DNA from: a phage
Sequence record: PZ583741.1
Direction: 5' to 3' (one strand)
Length of the DNA stretch: 64,000 bases
The stretch's first letter is position 1, and the number at the start of each line of letters is the position of its first letter. The notes under the pieces were generated by a model that did not search any database, was not told the origin of the DNA, and saw only the letters and a list, made by a program, of their open reading frames with translations. Positions 42,291-52,313 of this stretch are shown here, in pieces. The translations under genes and the position numbers were made by a program.

Positions 42291-44806
42291 CACGCAAAAG
42301 ACTGTCAGCACCAGCAATTGAAAAACTCGAAGAGATTATTGGCGATGGCGTGATTGATACGCCTGAATCCGCGGTGTTCGGTGTTGTTAATACAGATAAG
42401 CAGATTGTTCGCAAACTAAAAATGACGCAAAGCGGAGTTGATGACGTTAGCGACTCTGATATTAACGTTGATCACCTGATACCAGAAAAGCTGGAAAAGC
42501 TACTTTACCCCAAGCGAAATAAGATTGTGTTTGGCGGGCGCGGATGCTTAGCCATCGGCACAATGGTTAGGATGTTTGATGGTAGCCTAAAACGCGTAGA
42601 GGATATCGCTGTTGGCGATAAGGTTATGGGTCCAGACAGTAAACCACGAAATGTTTTAAGCATCTGCCGTGGGTTTGATGACATGTATACGGTTCATCAA
42701 AAATATGCTGAGGACTACACTGTCAACTCAAGTCACATACTGTCATTACGAAAGATTCCATCTGCTATCAGTGACGAGACAAAAACACCGGATGGTAAAA
42801 GAATTTATCGTTATTACCCAAATGACCCTGAAATACTTAATATCGGTGTTTCAGAATATTTGTCGCGCGCAACTTCCACGAAGTTCCGTCATGTCTTTAA
42901 AGGGTGGCGAACAGGATGGGATTTTCAGGAACAAAGCGTTCCAATTGACCCGTACTTTCTTGGTTTATGGTTAGGTGATGGCTCATCTCGTAGTGTTGAA
43001 GTATGCACGCCTGATCCAGAGATAGTTGACTACCTTCACGGTGTGGCAAGCCAATATGGGATGCAGGTAAAGGTTCGCGACGATGATAGATGCCCTGTCT
43101 ATGCGATAACTAATGGTCGAGCTGCTGGCATGGGGAAAAACACCAACCCTTTACTAACTAAAATGCAGCAGCTTGGGGTGATTAATAATAAACACATACC
43201 TGACTGCTATATTAAAAACAGCAGACAGGTAAGACTTCAGATTCTGGCTGGGCTATTGGATACTGATTCGCATTACCACAAAGAAAAGAAAAGCTATTGT
43301 TTTACATCAATAAATAAAGATATAGCCTTCTCTTTGATGGATGTGGCAAGATCACTTGGCTTCAAGTCAAGCATAATCAAAAAGACCGATGTCACCTTTG
43401 AGTATAAAGGTGAGAAAAGAATATACGAAAAGGATGTGTGGGAGGTGTTCGTTAGTGGTGAACTTCATACAATCCCATGCCGAGTAAAAAGGAAGATAGC
43501 AGAGAAAACCAAGTCAACCCGTGGAAAGATGACTGAGGTGTCATTGTCTTATGCCGGGCATGGTGTATACGCTGGATTCACTCTTGATGGCGATCATCTT
43601 TTCTTGCTTGCTGATGGCACAGTTACACACAACAGCGGAAAAACAAGAACAGTAACTACAATACTTACGGAGCGTGCACGCTTTAAGCCTGACAGGATAG
43701 CTTGTTTCCGTGAGATTCAGCAGTCTATTGAGGATAGTTCGTATCAGGAACTGAAAGACGAGATTGACAGGAAGGGCGAGACAAAAGAGTTTCGCGTAAT
43801 CAACAACGAAATAACACACAAGGTAACGAAAGCAAAGTTCCGCTTTAAAGGTCTGTATCGCAACCAGACGACCGTTAAAGGCTTTGCTGGCATTACAGTC
43901 GCTTGGGTTGAGGAGGCTGAAAACGTTAGCCAGACAAGCTGGGAAATCCTCACTCCAACTGTTCGCGCTGATGGCTCTGAGATATGGGTGACATTCAACC
44001 CAAATAAGGAGCATGACCCCACATGGAAGACGTGGGTTGAGCCGTTTTATAGCAAACTGCGCTCAAGTGGCGGTATTTACGAAGACGAAGAAAACCTGAT
44101 TATTGAATGTAACTATTCAGATAATCCGTGGTTTTGGGATACGCCACTACCCAGCCAAATGCAACGAATGAAAGAGACAGACTTCGACCGCTATCAATGG
44201 GTTTGGGGTGGTCGCTTTAACAAGAGGAATGACGAGCAGGTCTTTGGCGGCAAATGGCGCATTGATAACTTTGAGGTTAAACCTGAATGGCACGGCCCAT
44301 ACTTCGGGATGGACTTCGGGTTTTCCACTGATCCTACCGCAATGATTGAAGTTTACATCGAAGAACTACCAGGTGCACGGCGCAACATTTATATTAATCG
44401 CGAATATGGCAAGGTTGGCCTTGAGATTACCGATACACCAGCTGCGATGGAGCAATCATTCCCGATGGCTAAGCGCGCGCGATGGTATGCAGACTGCGCT
44501 CGACCGGAAACCATCAGCCACATCAAGCGTTCTGGCTTTGATATTCATCCATGCACAAAATGGCCGGGAAGCGTTGAGGATGGCGTAACGTGGCTGCGCG
44601 GCTGCGACAGTATCATCATCCATGAGCGATGCAAGGAAATGCAGAATGAAGCGGCAATGTACAGCTATAAGGTTGATAAGCTGACCGGAAATGTACTCAC
44701 GGATATTGTTGATGCATATAACCATTACTGGGATGCCGTTCGCTATGCGCTTAATGACCACATCGTCCAGCGCGGTAGCGGAATGCTAATCCGGCGCAGG
44801 AGATAA
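42287..44806 (+). CDS. terminase large subunit, intein-containing
   Basis: Walker A GRG|SGKT split by intein; C-terminal nuclease region. Confidence 0.9.
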   Translation: MARKRLSAPAIEKLEEIIGDGVIDTPESAVFGVVNTDKQIVRKLKMTQSGVDDVSDSDINVDHLIPEKLEKLLYPKRNKIVFGGRGCLAIGTMVRMFDGSLKRVEDIAVGDKVMGPDSKPRNVLSICRGFDDMYTVHQKYAEDYTVNSSHILSLRKIPSAISDETKTPDGKRIYRYYPNDPEILNIGVSEYLSRATSTKFRHVFKGWRTGWDFQEQSVPIDPYFLGLWLGDGSSRSVEVCTPDPEIVDYLHGVASQYGMQVKVRDDDRCPVYAITNGRAAGMGKNTNPLLTKMQQLGVINNKHIPDCYIKNSRQVRLQILAGLLDTDSHYHKEKKSYCFTSINKDIAFSLMDVARSLGFKSSIIKKTDVTFEYKGEKRIYEKDVWEVFVSGELHTIPCRVKRKIAEKTKSTRGKMTEVSLSYAGHGVYAGFTLDGDHLFLLADGTVTHNSGKTRTVTTILTERARFKPDRIACFREIQQSIEDSSYQELKDEIDRKGETKEFRVINNEITHKVTKAKFRFKGLYRNQTTVKGFAGITVAWVEEAENVSQTSWEILTPTVRADGSEIWVTFNPNKEHDPTWKTWVEPFYSKLRSSGGIYEDEENLIIECNYSDNPWFWDTPLPSQMQRMKETDFDRYQWVWGGRFNKRNDEQVFGGKWRIDNFEVKPEWHGPYFGMDFGFSTDPTAMIEVYIEELPGARRNIYINREYGKVGLEITDTPAAMEQSFPMAKRARWYADCARPETISHIKRSGFDIHPCTKWPGSVEDGVTWLRGCDSIIIHERCKEMQNEAAMYSYKVDKLTGNVLTDIVDAYNHYWDAVRYALNDHIVQRGSGMLIRRRR
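42545..43633 (+). mobile_element. intein (363 aa) with LAGLIDADG homing endonuclease domain inside terminase Walker A motif
   Basis: starts CLAIGT, ends VTHN followed by extein Ser; two LAGLIDADG motifs (LGLWLGDGSS, LAGLLDTDSH). Confidence 0.8.
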
Positions 44807-44807
44807 A

Positions 44808-44840
44808 AATAAAGCCCTCATCTGAGGGCTACTTTCATTT
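44808..44840. terminator. bidirectional terminator
   Basis: hairpin agccctcatctgagggct. Confidence 0.55.
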
Positions 44841-44987
44841 AATCAATGCTCGTCGACCAAGTTCAGCAATCCATTCCGCCGCATCCTCTATTTTGTTGAA
44901 CTCATAAAGATGCTTGCCGTCTTCCATGACATAAAACAGAATGCGACCAAATTTATTTTTCTTTGCGCTAAATTTAACATCTTTCAT
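44835..44987 (-). CDS. small hypothetical protein (50 aa)
   Basis: manual ORF with strong GGAAGGAG RBS, convergent with terminase. Confidence 0.4.
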   Translation of the reverse strand: MKDVKFSAKKNKFGRILFYVMEDGKHLYEFNKIEDAAEWIAELGRRALIK

Positions 44988-45014
44988 ATTTTCACTCCTT
45001 CCGTTTCATGAGTT

Positions 45015-45120
45015 CAATCTACATCACAAGCATATCCACGTCAACATTTATTGTTGTTGATAAATCTGCATCACCACACTTGACCAATCTACACCGAGCG
45101 CATAGTATAATCTACATCAG
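45015..45120. promoter_or_regulatory. cluster of at least four ATCTACATCA-type motif copies with -10-like TATAAT
   Basis: copies at 45015, 45063, 45086 and 45108. Confidence 0.4.
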
Positions 45121-45139
45121 GCTTACCGGAGATATCACT

Positions 45140-45346
45140 ATGCGCAGCTATGCAGGATTTACACAGGAGGAAAAAGAACAGGTTTATTCACTGGCGCGGG
45201 CTGGCGTGCCTGATGAGGTGATTTGCTGTCGGTATGATATCGACGAGGACTTCCTGCTGCGTGTTATTGATGACGTTTTCGTTAACCTGCAAGAGAAGCG
45301 AGGATATAAGGGTATCTGCTGCAAGAATGATTTTTTGAGAGGGTGA
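45140..45346 (+). CDS. hypothetical protein
   Basis: ATG at 45140 with GGAG RBS. Confidence 0.45.
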   Translation: MRSYAGFTQEEKEQVYSLARAGVPDEVICCRYDIDEDFLLRVIDDVFVNLQEKRGYKGICCKNDFLRG

Positions 45347-45508
45347 TGTGGTGATTATTGAAAAAACAAATGAATGCCACAGTCTGTATATAAATACAGA
45401 ACTAGTCATCAATTTAAGGCAATGTGACGACTGGGTTCAGCTTGACAAACACCAAGCCGCGCAACTAATCGAAGTCCTGCAACGCTGGGTTAATGGTGAG
45501 GAGATTGA

Positions 45509-45718
45509 ATGATGAGCGTTTATTTTTATTGCGGTCACATTGAGCGACAAGGAAGCGTAGCGAGCGTTGGTAGTTTCTGCGGATTATCAATTGGACCTGA
45601 TGCTGTTAGCGCATATGAAGATGTCATGAGAGCGCAGGTGAAGGAAATCCAGTCAATCACTGAGAGCGGCGCTTTTAATCTTTCTGTTATTTTTGATAAA
45701 TTCGAAAAGGTGGAGTGA
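45509..45718 (+). CDS. hypothetical protein
   Basis: 69-aa ORF. Confidence 0.45.
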   Translation: MMSVYFYCGHIERQGSVASVGSFCGLSIGPDAVSAYEDVMRAQVKEIQSITESGAFNLSVIFDKFEKVE

Positions 45719-46194
45719 TGATTGATTGGGTATCTTTATTTGATTATGATGGAGCGTCTTTGGTGTGGAAGCATGGAAGGGGAGGTGTTTCCGTTGGCAG
45801 CATTGCGGGAACGGTTAATGCTGGCGGGTACATTCAGCTCAAAGTTAACGGAAGATTTTATTATGCCCACAGAATTATATGGGAAATGCATAACGGTCCT
45901 ATACCGGAAGGTATGGAGATTGACCACATAAATCATAACAAGGCGGACAACAGGATTGAGAATTTGCGTCTTGTTCGACACAAAACTAACACTAAAAACG
46001 CGCCTAAATACAAAAATAACACCAGCGGCGTTACTGGTGTGAGTTGGTATAAGAGAGATAAAAAATGGCTAGCACAAATAATGGTTGATGGCAATTACAT
46101 ACGTCTTGGTCTTTTTGATAATTTCGAAGCAGCAGTCGACGTGAGAAAGGAAGCAGAACTAAGGTATGGATTTCACAAGAACCACGGCGCTTGA
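45718..46194 (+). CDS. HNH homing endonuclease with AP2 domain
   Basis: HRIIWEMHNGPIPEGMEIDHINH...DNRIENLRLV; C-terminal GFHKNHG. Confidence 0.85.
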   Translation: MIDWVSLFDYDGASLVWKHGRGGVSVGSIAGTVNAGGYIQLKVNGRFYYAHRIIWEMHNGPIPEGMEIDHINHNKADNRIENLRLVRHKTNTKNAPKYKNNTSGVTGVSWYKRDKKWLAQIMVDGNYIRLGLFDNFEAAVDVRKEAELRYGFHKNHGA

Positions 46195-46222
46195 TGATAT
46201 AATGACCCTTGCAGAAATGTGA

Positions 46223-47461
<1,239 letters not shown>

Positions 47462-47516
47462 GTTATCTTACAAGGCATCTCGTGGGGTGCCTCAGTAAGA
47501 CAACCGGAGATAGAGC

Positions 47517-47702
47517 ATGAAAACCAAAATGATTCACAAGTCAGAAGTAAAAATTGGCGACACGGTAATTCACTGCGGTGAGATGAAGACGGTTGGCATG
47601 GAAACATTTGGCAAGGATGAGTTTATGGGACTCCTACTGTGGGGTGATAGCTATCGCTGCGGCTACAAGATGGTTGAGGTTGTAACTGAGGTTAAGTTTT
47701 GA
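47517..47702 (+). CDS. hypothetical early protein
   Basis: 61 aa, GGAGA RBS. Confidence 0.5.
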   Translation: MKTKMIHKSEVKIGDTVIHCGEMKTVGMETFGKDEFMGLLLWGDSYRCGYKMVEVVTEVKF

Positions 47703-47746
47703 ATAGCACGAATTGCTAAACCTTCCGCAAGGCCGTTTGATATAGT
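47703..47746 (+). promoter_or_regulatory. B-module promoter cassette 1: ATAGCACGAATTGCTAAA - N20 - TATAGT
   Basis: palindrome TAGCA-N5-TGCTA; -10 hexamer 38 bp after motif start. Confidence 0.5.
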
Positions 47747-47966
47747 GGTCTTGTTGAAGCAAAACAATCAATCATGGGGTTACACAAATGCAAGTTTATA
47801 AATCACCTGGCGGCGCTCGTTACGTTGTTGTTGATGGCATGGTGTACTGCAAGCCGCTAACCGGATTCACATTTCGCTCGTCAATGACGGTGGATCGATA
47901 CCTTTAGTTGATAGGTTGGGGATTTCTTAGGTTTGAAAAGGTAATCAAGCCTATAATGACCGTCAA

Positions 47967-48010
47967 ATAGCACGAATTGTTAAAATGGGATTCATCCTGA
48001 ATGGTATGAT
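47967..48010 (+). promoter_or_regulatory. B-module promoter cassette 2 (variant TTGTTA; -10 TATGAT)
   Basis: same 38-bp spacing. Confidence 0.4.
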
Positions 48011-48162
48011 CCACACATCAACCACAAGAATGGAAGTTAAGTGACGATATACGAACATAAATTCAGCAGTATGGGTATTGATATGCTCCTGCACTATGTA
48101 GACGAAAAATACGCAAATCTCATGCTTAATACGCATGGCGGCACAATAACGAGGATTGAGAT

Positions 48163-48426
48163 ATGAGTAAGTACAACCGTGAGATTATCGGCCTGGATGG
48201 GGAAGTAACCACAGTGGATGTATATCGAGTCCTGGATGCATTCCAGGTAACAGACCAAGCTATACAGCACGCAATCAAGAAGATGCTGTGCACTGGACTT
48301 AGAGGGCATAAGGACTATCTTACTGACATTGAAGACTCCATTGAATCACTGCAAAAAGCCAAGGAACTTTACGATCAGCGCAAGAGTTACGAGCGGCGAT
48401 ACAATTTATCTTTTACAGATAAATAG
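48163..48426 (+). CDS. hypothetical early protein
   Basis: 87 aa, GAGGA RBS; stop TAG lies inside next motif. Confidence 0.5.
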   Translation: MSKYNREIIGLDGEVTTVDVYRVLDAFQVTDQAIQHAIKKMLCTGLRGHKDYLTDIEDSIESLQKAKELYDQRKSYERRYNLSFTDK

Positions 48427-48466
48427 CACGAATTGCTAAACCCGCTCAGAAGGGTTTTGTTATAGT
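48423..48466 (+). promoter_or_regulatory. B-module promoter cassette 3
   Basis: motif plus TGtTATAGT extended -10. Confidence 0.5.
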
Positions 48467-48495
48467 TAGTTCACACCAAACGAGAGGAAATAAAG

Positions 48496-48714
48496 ATGAT
48501 TACTATTAACCTGTCAGATAAACAAGCAGCAGAACTCAAGTCCATGCTTTCAATCTTTGAGAAGCCAAATGACCAGGTAATTGCCAAAGAGGTAGTGGCT
48601 CAGATTAACAACCAGCAATTCGACGTAAGTGACTTCGAGTCATCGCGCCAGTACGAGGCAATGAGTGTTAATGCTGCATACCTGACTAACTGGGATAATG
48701 CGACTAAGAAATGA
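48496..48714 (+). CDS. hypothetical early protein
   Basis: 72 aa, GAGAGGAAA RBS. Confidence 0.5.
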   Translation: MITINLSDKQAAELKSMLSIFEKPNDQVIAKEVVAQINNQQFDVSDFESSRQYEAMSVNAAYLTNWDNATKK

Positions 48715-48860
48715 TTTTATACATACATGAGTACTGGACGGGGAAGTTTAACACAGTTCGACATGTCCGTGTTTACGAAGATTATGTAAATGCATTCAAT
48801 CAGCAGAAGGTTCTTGGTGGCACCATCAAGGTTTGCGATGTTGTGGATGAGATTTACTAA
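48711..48860 (+). CDS. small hypothetical protein (49 aa)
   Basis: manual ORF, ATGA overlap. Confidence 0.35.
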   Translation: MILYIHEYWTGKFNTVRHVRVYEDYVNAFNQQKVLGGTIKVCDVVDEIY

Positions 48861-48904
48861 ATAGCACGAATTGCTAAAGCAGTCTTGGGGTAATTTGTTA
48901 TAGT
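48861..48904 (+). promoter_or_regulatory. B-module promoter cassette 4
   Basis: motif plus TGtTATAGT. Confidence 0.5.
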
Positions 48905-48934
48905 TACCACATCAAAACTAACGAGGTTATAAGA

Positions 48935-49039
48935 ATGAGTGAATTAATTAAAACTATCGCGGACTATCCATTTGCTTCGCTTTTTCTTGCTATTGCAATA
49001 TATGAAATTGTAAAGATTATTGTCAAATGTATTAAATAG
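48935..49039 (+). CDS. small membrane peptide (34 aa)
   Basis: manual ORF, GAGG RBS. Confidence 0.3.
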   Translation: MSELIKTIADYPFASLFLAIAIYEIVKIIVKCIK

Positions 49040-49079
49040 CACGAATTTCTAAAACATTATCGGGGTATCTTACTATAGT
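49036..49079 (+). promoter_or_regulatory. B-module promoter cassette 5 (variant TTTCTA)
   Basis: motif plus TATAGT at fixed spacing. Confidence 0.45.
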
Positions 49080-49109
49080 TACCCCATCAAAACGAAACAG
49101 GAAGCAGAA

Positions 49110-49289
49110 ATGAAATTTCAACAAGGCGAGCCAAAGCTACAAGTCAACCACTTCGATGGTTACGCAACATTCATCATAGCCCAGGCTTGCGGGATGCGAG
49201 ATGAACCTCACGTTCACACCATTCACTTAACAGAAGAACAGGCACGAGAACTGGCTTACGAAATTCTTGAGCAATTGAACCGAATTTAA
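49110..49289 (+). CDS. hypothetical protein (59 aa)
   Basis: GGAAG RBS. Confidence 0.4.
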   Translation: MKFQQGEPKLQVNHFDGYATFIIAQACGMRDEPHVHTIHLTEEQARELAYEILEQLNRI

Positions 49290-49338
49290 CGCGCATAAAA
49301 CGCATTCTAACGAACGATAATTTAAGTAAGGCGATTCT

Positions 49339-49497
49339 ATGATTAAGGTTGTTTTTATTGCTGATGATGGTGTTTATCCATTATTATCTAATGGTGATGT
49401 TATTTACGTGCAAGACATGGGTTGCGCATATATCTATACAGATGAGTTTGGTGACTCTTATTATATTGAGAAATGGGAAGTTGAGGAGATTGCATGA
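49339..49497 (+). CDS. small protein, paralog 1 (52 aa)
   Basis: MIKVVFIADDG...; similar to next ORF. Confidence 0.4.
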   Translation: MIKVVFIADDGVYPLLSNGDVIYVQDMGCAYIYTDEFGDSYYIEKWEVEEIA

Positions 49498-49655
49498 TTA
49501 AGCTTGTTTATGTGGGTGAGAGTGATTATGTGGCGCTCATTCAGAGTGGTGATGTGTTCTTCGCAGAGATGAGTGATGATGGTAGTTTCTACATCGTAAA
49601 GAACAAGAATGGCGAAGATATCTACCTTTCAAAAGATGAGGTCATCATTTACTAA
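49494..49655 (+). CDS. small protein, paralog 2 (53 aa)
   Basis: MIKLVYVGESD...; tandem duplicate. Confidence 0.4.
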   Translation: MIKLVYVGESDYVALIQSGDVFFAEMSDDGSFYIVKNKNGEDIYLSKDEVIIY

Positions 49656-49780
49656 TGGATAACTACGAATCACCAGTAGAGTGGTGTAAGCGAATGCAGG
49701 ACGAAGCTAAAACTGGTGAAGAGGCGATGGCTTACTACGAACTGGCGCAAATTTGGATGGAACGTGAGAAGAAAGAATGA
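49655..49780 (+). CDS. small hypothetical protein (41 aa)
   Basis: manual ORF with overlapping start/stop. Confidence 0.3.
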   Translation: MDNYESPVEWCKRMQDEAKTGEEAMAYYELAQIWMEREKKE

Positions 49781-49920
49781 GCTTCACTGAATACGTTATC
49801 GCATGCGAGAGACTGGTCTTTGACATGAAGACTTTTCACTGGTTCATCATCAAGGATTTAATTAAGCCTTACAAGCAAGGCGTTACGCCAGAGGCTTTTG
49901 TTAAGTCATTCTACAAATAG
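49777..49920 (+). CDS. small hypothetical protein (47 aa)
   Basis: manual ORF; stop TAG inside next motif. Confidence 0.35.
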   Translation: MSFTEYVIACERLVFDMKTFHWFIIKDLIKPYKQGVTPEAFVKSFYK

Positions 49921-49960
49921 CACGAATTGCTAAACGCAGTCGCCATGGATGGCATATAAT
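49917..49960 (+). promoter_or_regulatory. B-module promoter cassette 6 (-10 TATAAT)
   Basis: motif plus consensus -10 at fixed spacing. Confidence 0.5.
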
Positions 49961-49993
49961 TACCACATCAACACAACGAAGAGAGATATAATA

Positions 49994-50140
49994 ATGAAAA
50001 ATGTATTTGGCATCAGCTATGAAGAAGAGTTTGTTGATTGCCTTATTTACCTGAATGAGATCTACGGAGATGAGTTTGAATGTGATGGTGATTCACTTCA
50101 TGCAAAAATAGAACTTGAAACATTTGGGGAGGTTGTCTAA
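49994..50140 (+). CDS. hypothetical protein (48 aa)
   Basis: ATG at 49994 in ORF 49949..50140. Confidence 0.4.
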   Translation: MKNVFGISYEEEFVDCLIYLNEIYGDEFECDGDSLHAKIELETFGEVV

Positions 50141-50382
50141 TGATGTTTGGATTATCAGAAGCACACTTCAACGCAGTTAAACGCCAGGCAGCAAAGTTGA
50201 ACGAAGAGTACAGCAAGTTATCGCCAAAACAGCGCAAGGACGATAAGCAGGTTGCGGCATTGATTTCAAAGATGTGGGAGCCAGTTTTCACAATCATTAG
50301 TCGAGACCGCTTTGTTTGGACCAGTGGGTATCTTAAGGGTAGAGTAGGTCACGACGAGAATGGGAATAGTCTTTATGAGTAA
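50140..50382 (+). CDS. hypothetical protein
   Basis: 80 aa, GGGAGG RBS. Confidence 0.5.
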   Translation: MMFGLSEAHFNAVKRQAAKLNEEYSKLSPKQRKDDKQVAALISKMWEPVFTIISRDRFVWTSGYLKGRVGHDENGNSLYE

Positions 50383-50557
50383 TTGCAATAAGCATAGGTA
50401 TAAGTACGCTTTCAGTTCAAAACTTACAGCCCACGACATAAAACTACTTAATCTAGGTTACTTCAAATCCAGCAAAAATGAAAATCATGTCGGGGATTAT
50501 AGATCATTTTATGAGTGCGTTAATTGCGGCGAGATGATTGCGATGGGGGTATTATGA
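50360..50557 (+). CDS. hypothetical protein (zinc-finger-like)
   Basis: 65-aa ORF; start uncertain (50360 or 50375). Confidence 0.35.
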   Translation: MGIVFMSNCNKHRYKYAFSSKLTAHDIKLLNLGYFKSSKNENHVGDYRSFYECVNCGEMIAMGVL

Positions 50558-50640
50558 GTGAGTTAACAATCTGGTTTATCGCAGGTCTGATTACTTGGGC
50601 TTACTTTTTAATCGTTTAGATTGAGCTTGTTAAAAAGAGC

Positions 50641-50669
50641 TTGCATCACTGACAGGAATTATCTAATAT
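50641..50669 (+). promoter_or_regulatory. sigma70-like promoter (TTGCAT - 17 bp - TAATAT) upstream of tRNA
   Basis: hexamers and spacing read from sequence. Confidence 0.4.
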
Positions 50670-50838
50670 TAACCACGTAGACAAACGAGGCCACCAGGTG
50701 GCAACGGCGCACGGAGCGCACTACACGGCAAGTCCGTAGCTCATTAAGTAGCGTATGCGGCATTAAGACCTAGCGCAAATAGGCAGATTAATCGGCTGTA
50801 TCAGGCAGCCCCGGAGCCGTAACCGGGACTCATTCAAA

Positions 50839-50916
50839 GCTCTGCTAGCTCAATTGGACAGAAGCAACGACCTTCTAAGTCGCAGGTTACTGGTTCGAAT
50901 CCAGTGCGGAGCGCCA
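50839..50916 (+). tRNA. tRNA-Arg (anticodon UCU), CCA encoded
   Basis: 7-bp acceptor stem, GG in D-loop, anticodon loop CUUCUAA, T-loop TTCGAAT, 3' GCCA. Confidence 0.75.
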
Positions 50917-50931
50917 ATAAAGGAGTTCATT

Positions 50932-51114
50932 ATGTGGGATGTGAAGTTGTCAATTCGCTTAATGGGCCGCTCGTGCAAGAATTGCACTCAAGAATACATC
51001 GCGTCAGTTGCCGCAATCAGCGCTGAGGATGCGGTAGCGAAAGTAAAGGAGATGTCAGGCGCTGACCCTGACACCCACAAATTCCTGGTAGCTTACGTTC
51101 GTGAGCAAAAGTAA
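50932..51114 (+). CDS. hypothetical protein (60 aa)
   Basis: AAGGAG RBS; track ORF 50854 overlaps the tRNA so start moved. Confidence 0.45.
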   Translation: MWDVKLSIRLMGRSCKNCTQEYIASVAAISAEDAVAKVKEMSGADPDTHKFLVAYVREQK

Positions 51115-51154
51115 AAAGTGTTATACCCTCGTTAAGTTTCGTTTCTCTCGTTGT

Positions 51155-51184
51155 TTTTAGCCCTCGCTTGAGGGCTTTTTTTCG
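51155..51184 (+). terminator. rho-independent terminator
   Basis: hairpin agccctcgcttgagggct plus T6. Confidence 0.6.
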
Positions 51185-51225
51185 TCTGCAATATGCTATA
51201 ATCTGGAATCAACAAAGGAGGATTT

Positions 51226-51732
51226 ATGAGCAAAGCAGCATTAAAGATGGGTGAGGGAAATTTCAAGGCGCTCTACAACAAGAAGTATGGCGACATTGCT
51301 ATGGTGGCAATCAACCGCAAGTACACGCCTGAGGAAGTTTTCGATTTCGCCGTTAGATACTTCTCCTGGGCTGAGAGCGAGGCAATTAAGGCTATTGAGA
51401 CGGCTGCTTTCCAGGGTGTGGTTAGCGAGAGCCTCGTACACAAGCCTAGAGTATTCACCTTAACTGGGCTGGCGCTCTTTATGGGTGTCAATATCAATAG
51501 ATTCGCTCGCTGGCGTACTGAGGCTGGATACTCTGATGTGATGGAATTCATTGATAACGTTATTTACGAGCAGAAGTACCAGCTTGGTGTCGCAGGCATC
51601 ATCAACTCTACCATCGTTGGTAAAGAGCTAGGAATTGATAAGCCGCAGGAGATTAAGATTAGCAACAACTCCACAGCTAACGATGTTGACAGTATGAAGG
51701 AAGCACTTGAGTCCGTGATCAGTAAGCTATAG
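51226..51732 (+). CDS. terminase small subunit
   Basis: 168 aa, HTH-like TLTGLALFMGVNINRFARW; AAGGAGG RBS; upstream of large terminase. Confidence 0.6.
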   Translation: MSKAALKMGEGNFKALYNKKYGDIAMVAINRKYTPEEVFDFAVRYFSWAESEAIKAIETAAFQGVVSESLVHKPRVFTLTGLALFMGVNINRFARWRTEAGYSDVMEFIDNVIYEQKYQLGVAGIINSTIVGKELGIDKPQEIKISNNSTANDVDSMKEALESVISKL

Positions 51733-51800
51733 CACTTATTGTTAAAAGAATGGGCCCAATCAATGAGATAATTGGGTCACTAACTTAACGAGGTGATGAT

Positions 51801-52313
51801 ATGAATTGGCATGATTATTTTGAATACAAAGATGGGAAGATTTACTGGAAAGATTACGATAGCGAGAAGCTTGGAAGGAGAAGGATACAGCGAAGATTCA
51901 TAGGGAAAGAGGTTGGCGGCATTGATAAAAGCCTAGGGTATGTTAGGGTAAACATGCCTGGTAAAAAATATTGGGTTCATAGAATAATCTGGGAAATGCA
52001 TAACGGAGCAATACCAGAAGGTATGCAAATTGACCATATAAATCATGTTAGAAATGATAACAGGATAGAAAACATTAGGTTAGTTACAATTCAGGAAAAT
52101 AGAAAGAATCAGTCAATAAATTCTAGGAATAAGACCGGGGTTACCGGAGTCTGCATAGTATCTAGGACTGGCAAGTATGTAGCTCAAATAAAAAAGGATG
52201 GAGAGAATATTCACTTGGGATTCTTTGATAATATTCACGACGCATCGATTGTCAGGGCGAGGGCTGAATTTATTCTTGGGTATCATAAAAACCACGGGAG
52301 GAAAGATGAGTGA
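51801..52313 (+). CDS. HNH homing endonuclease with AP2 domain, between terminase subunits
   Basis: HRIIWEMHNGAIPEGMQIDHINH...DNRIENIRLV; C-terminal GYHKNHG. Confidence 0.85.
   Translation: MNWHDYFEYKDGKIYWKDYDSEKLGRRRIQRRFIGKEVGGIDKSLGYVRVNMPGKKYWVHRIIWEMHNGAIPEGMQIDHINHVRNDNRIENIRLVTIQENRKNQSINSRNKTGVTGVCIVSRTGKYVAQIKKDGENIHLGFFDNIHDASIVRARAEFILGYHKNHGRKDE

Noticed and set aside
50680-50838. Second tRNA upstream of tRNA-Arg
   Set aside because: No acceptor/T-arm cloverleaf could be built; only short isolated hairpins.
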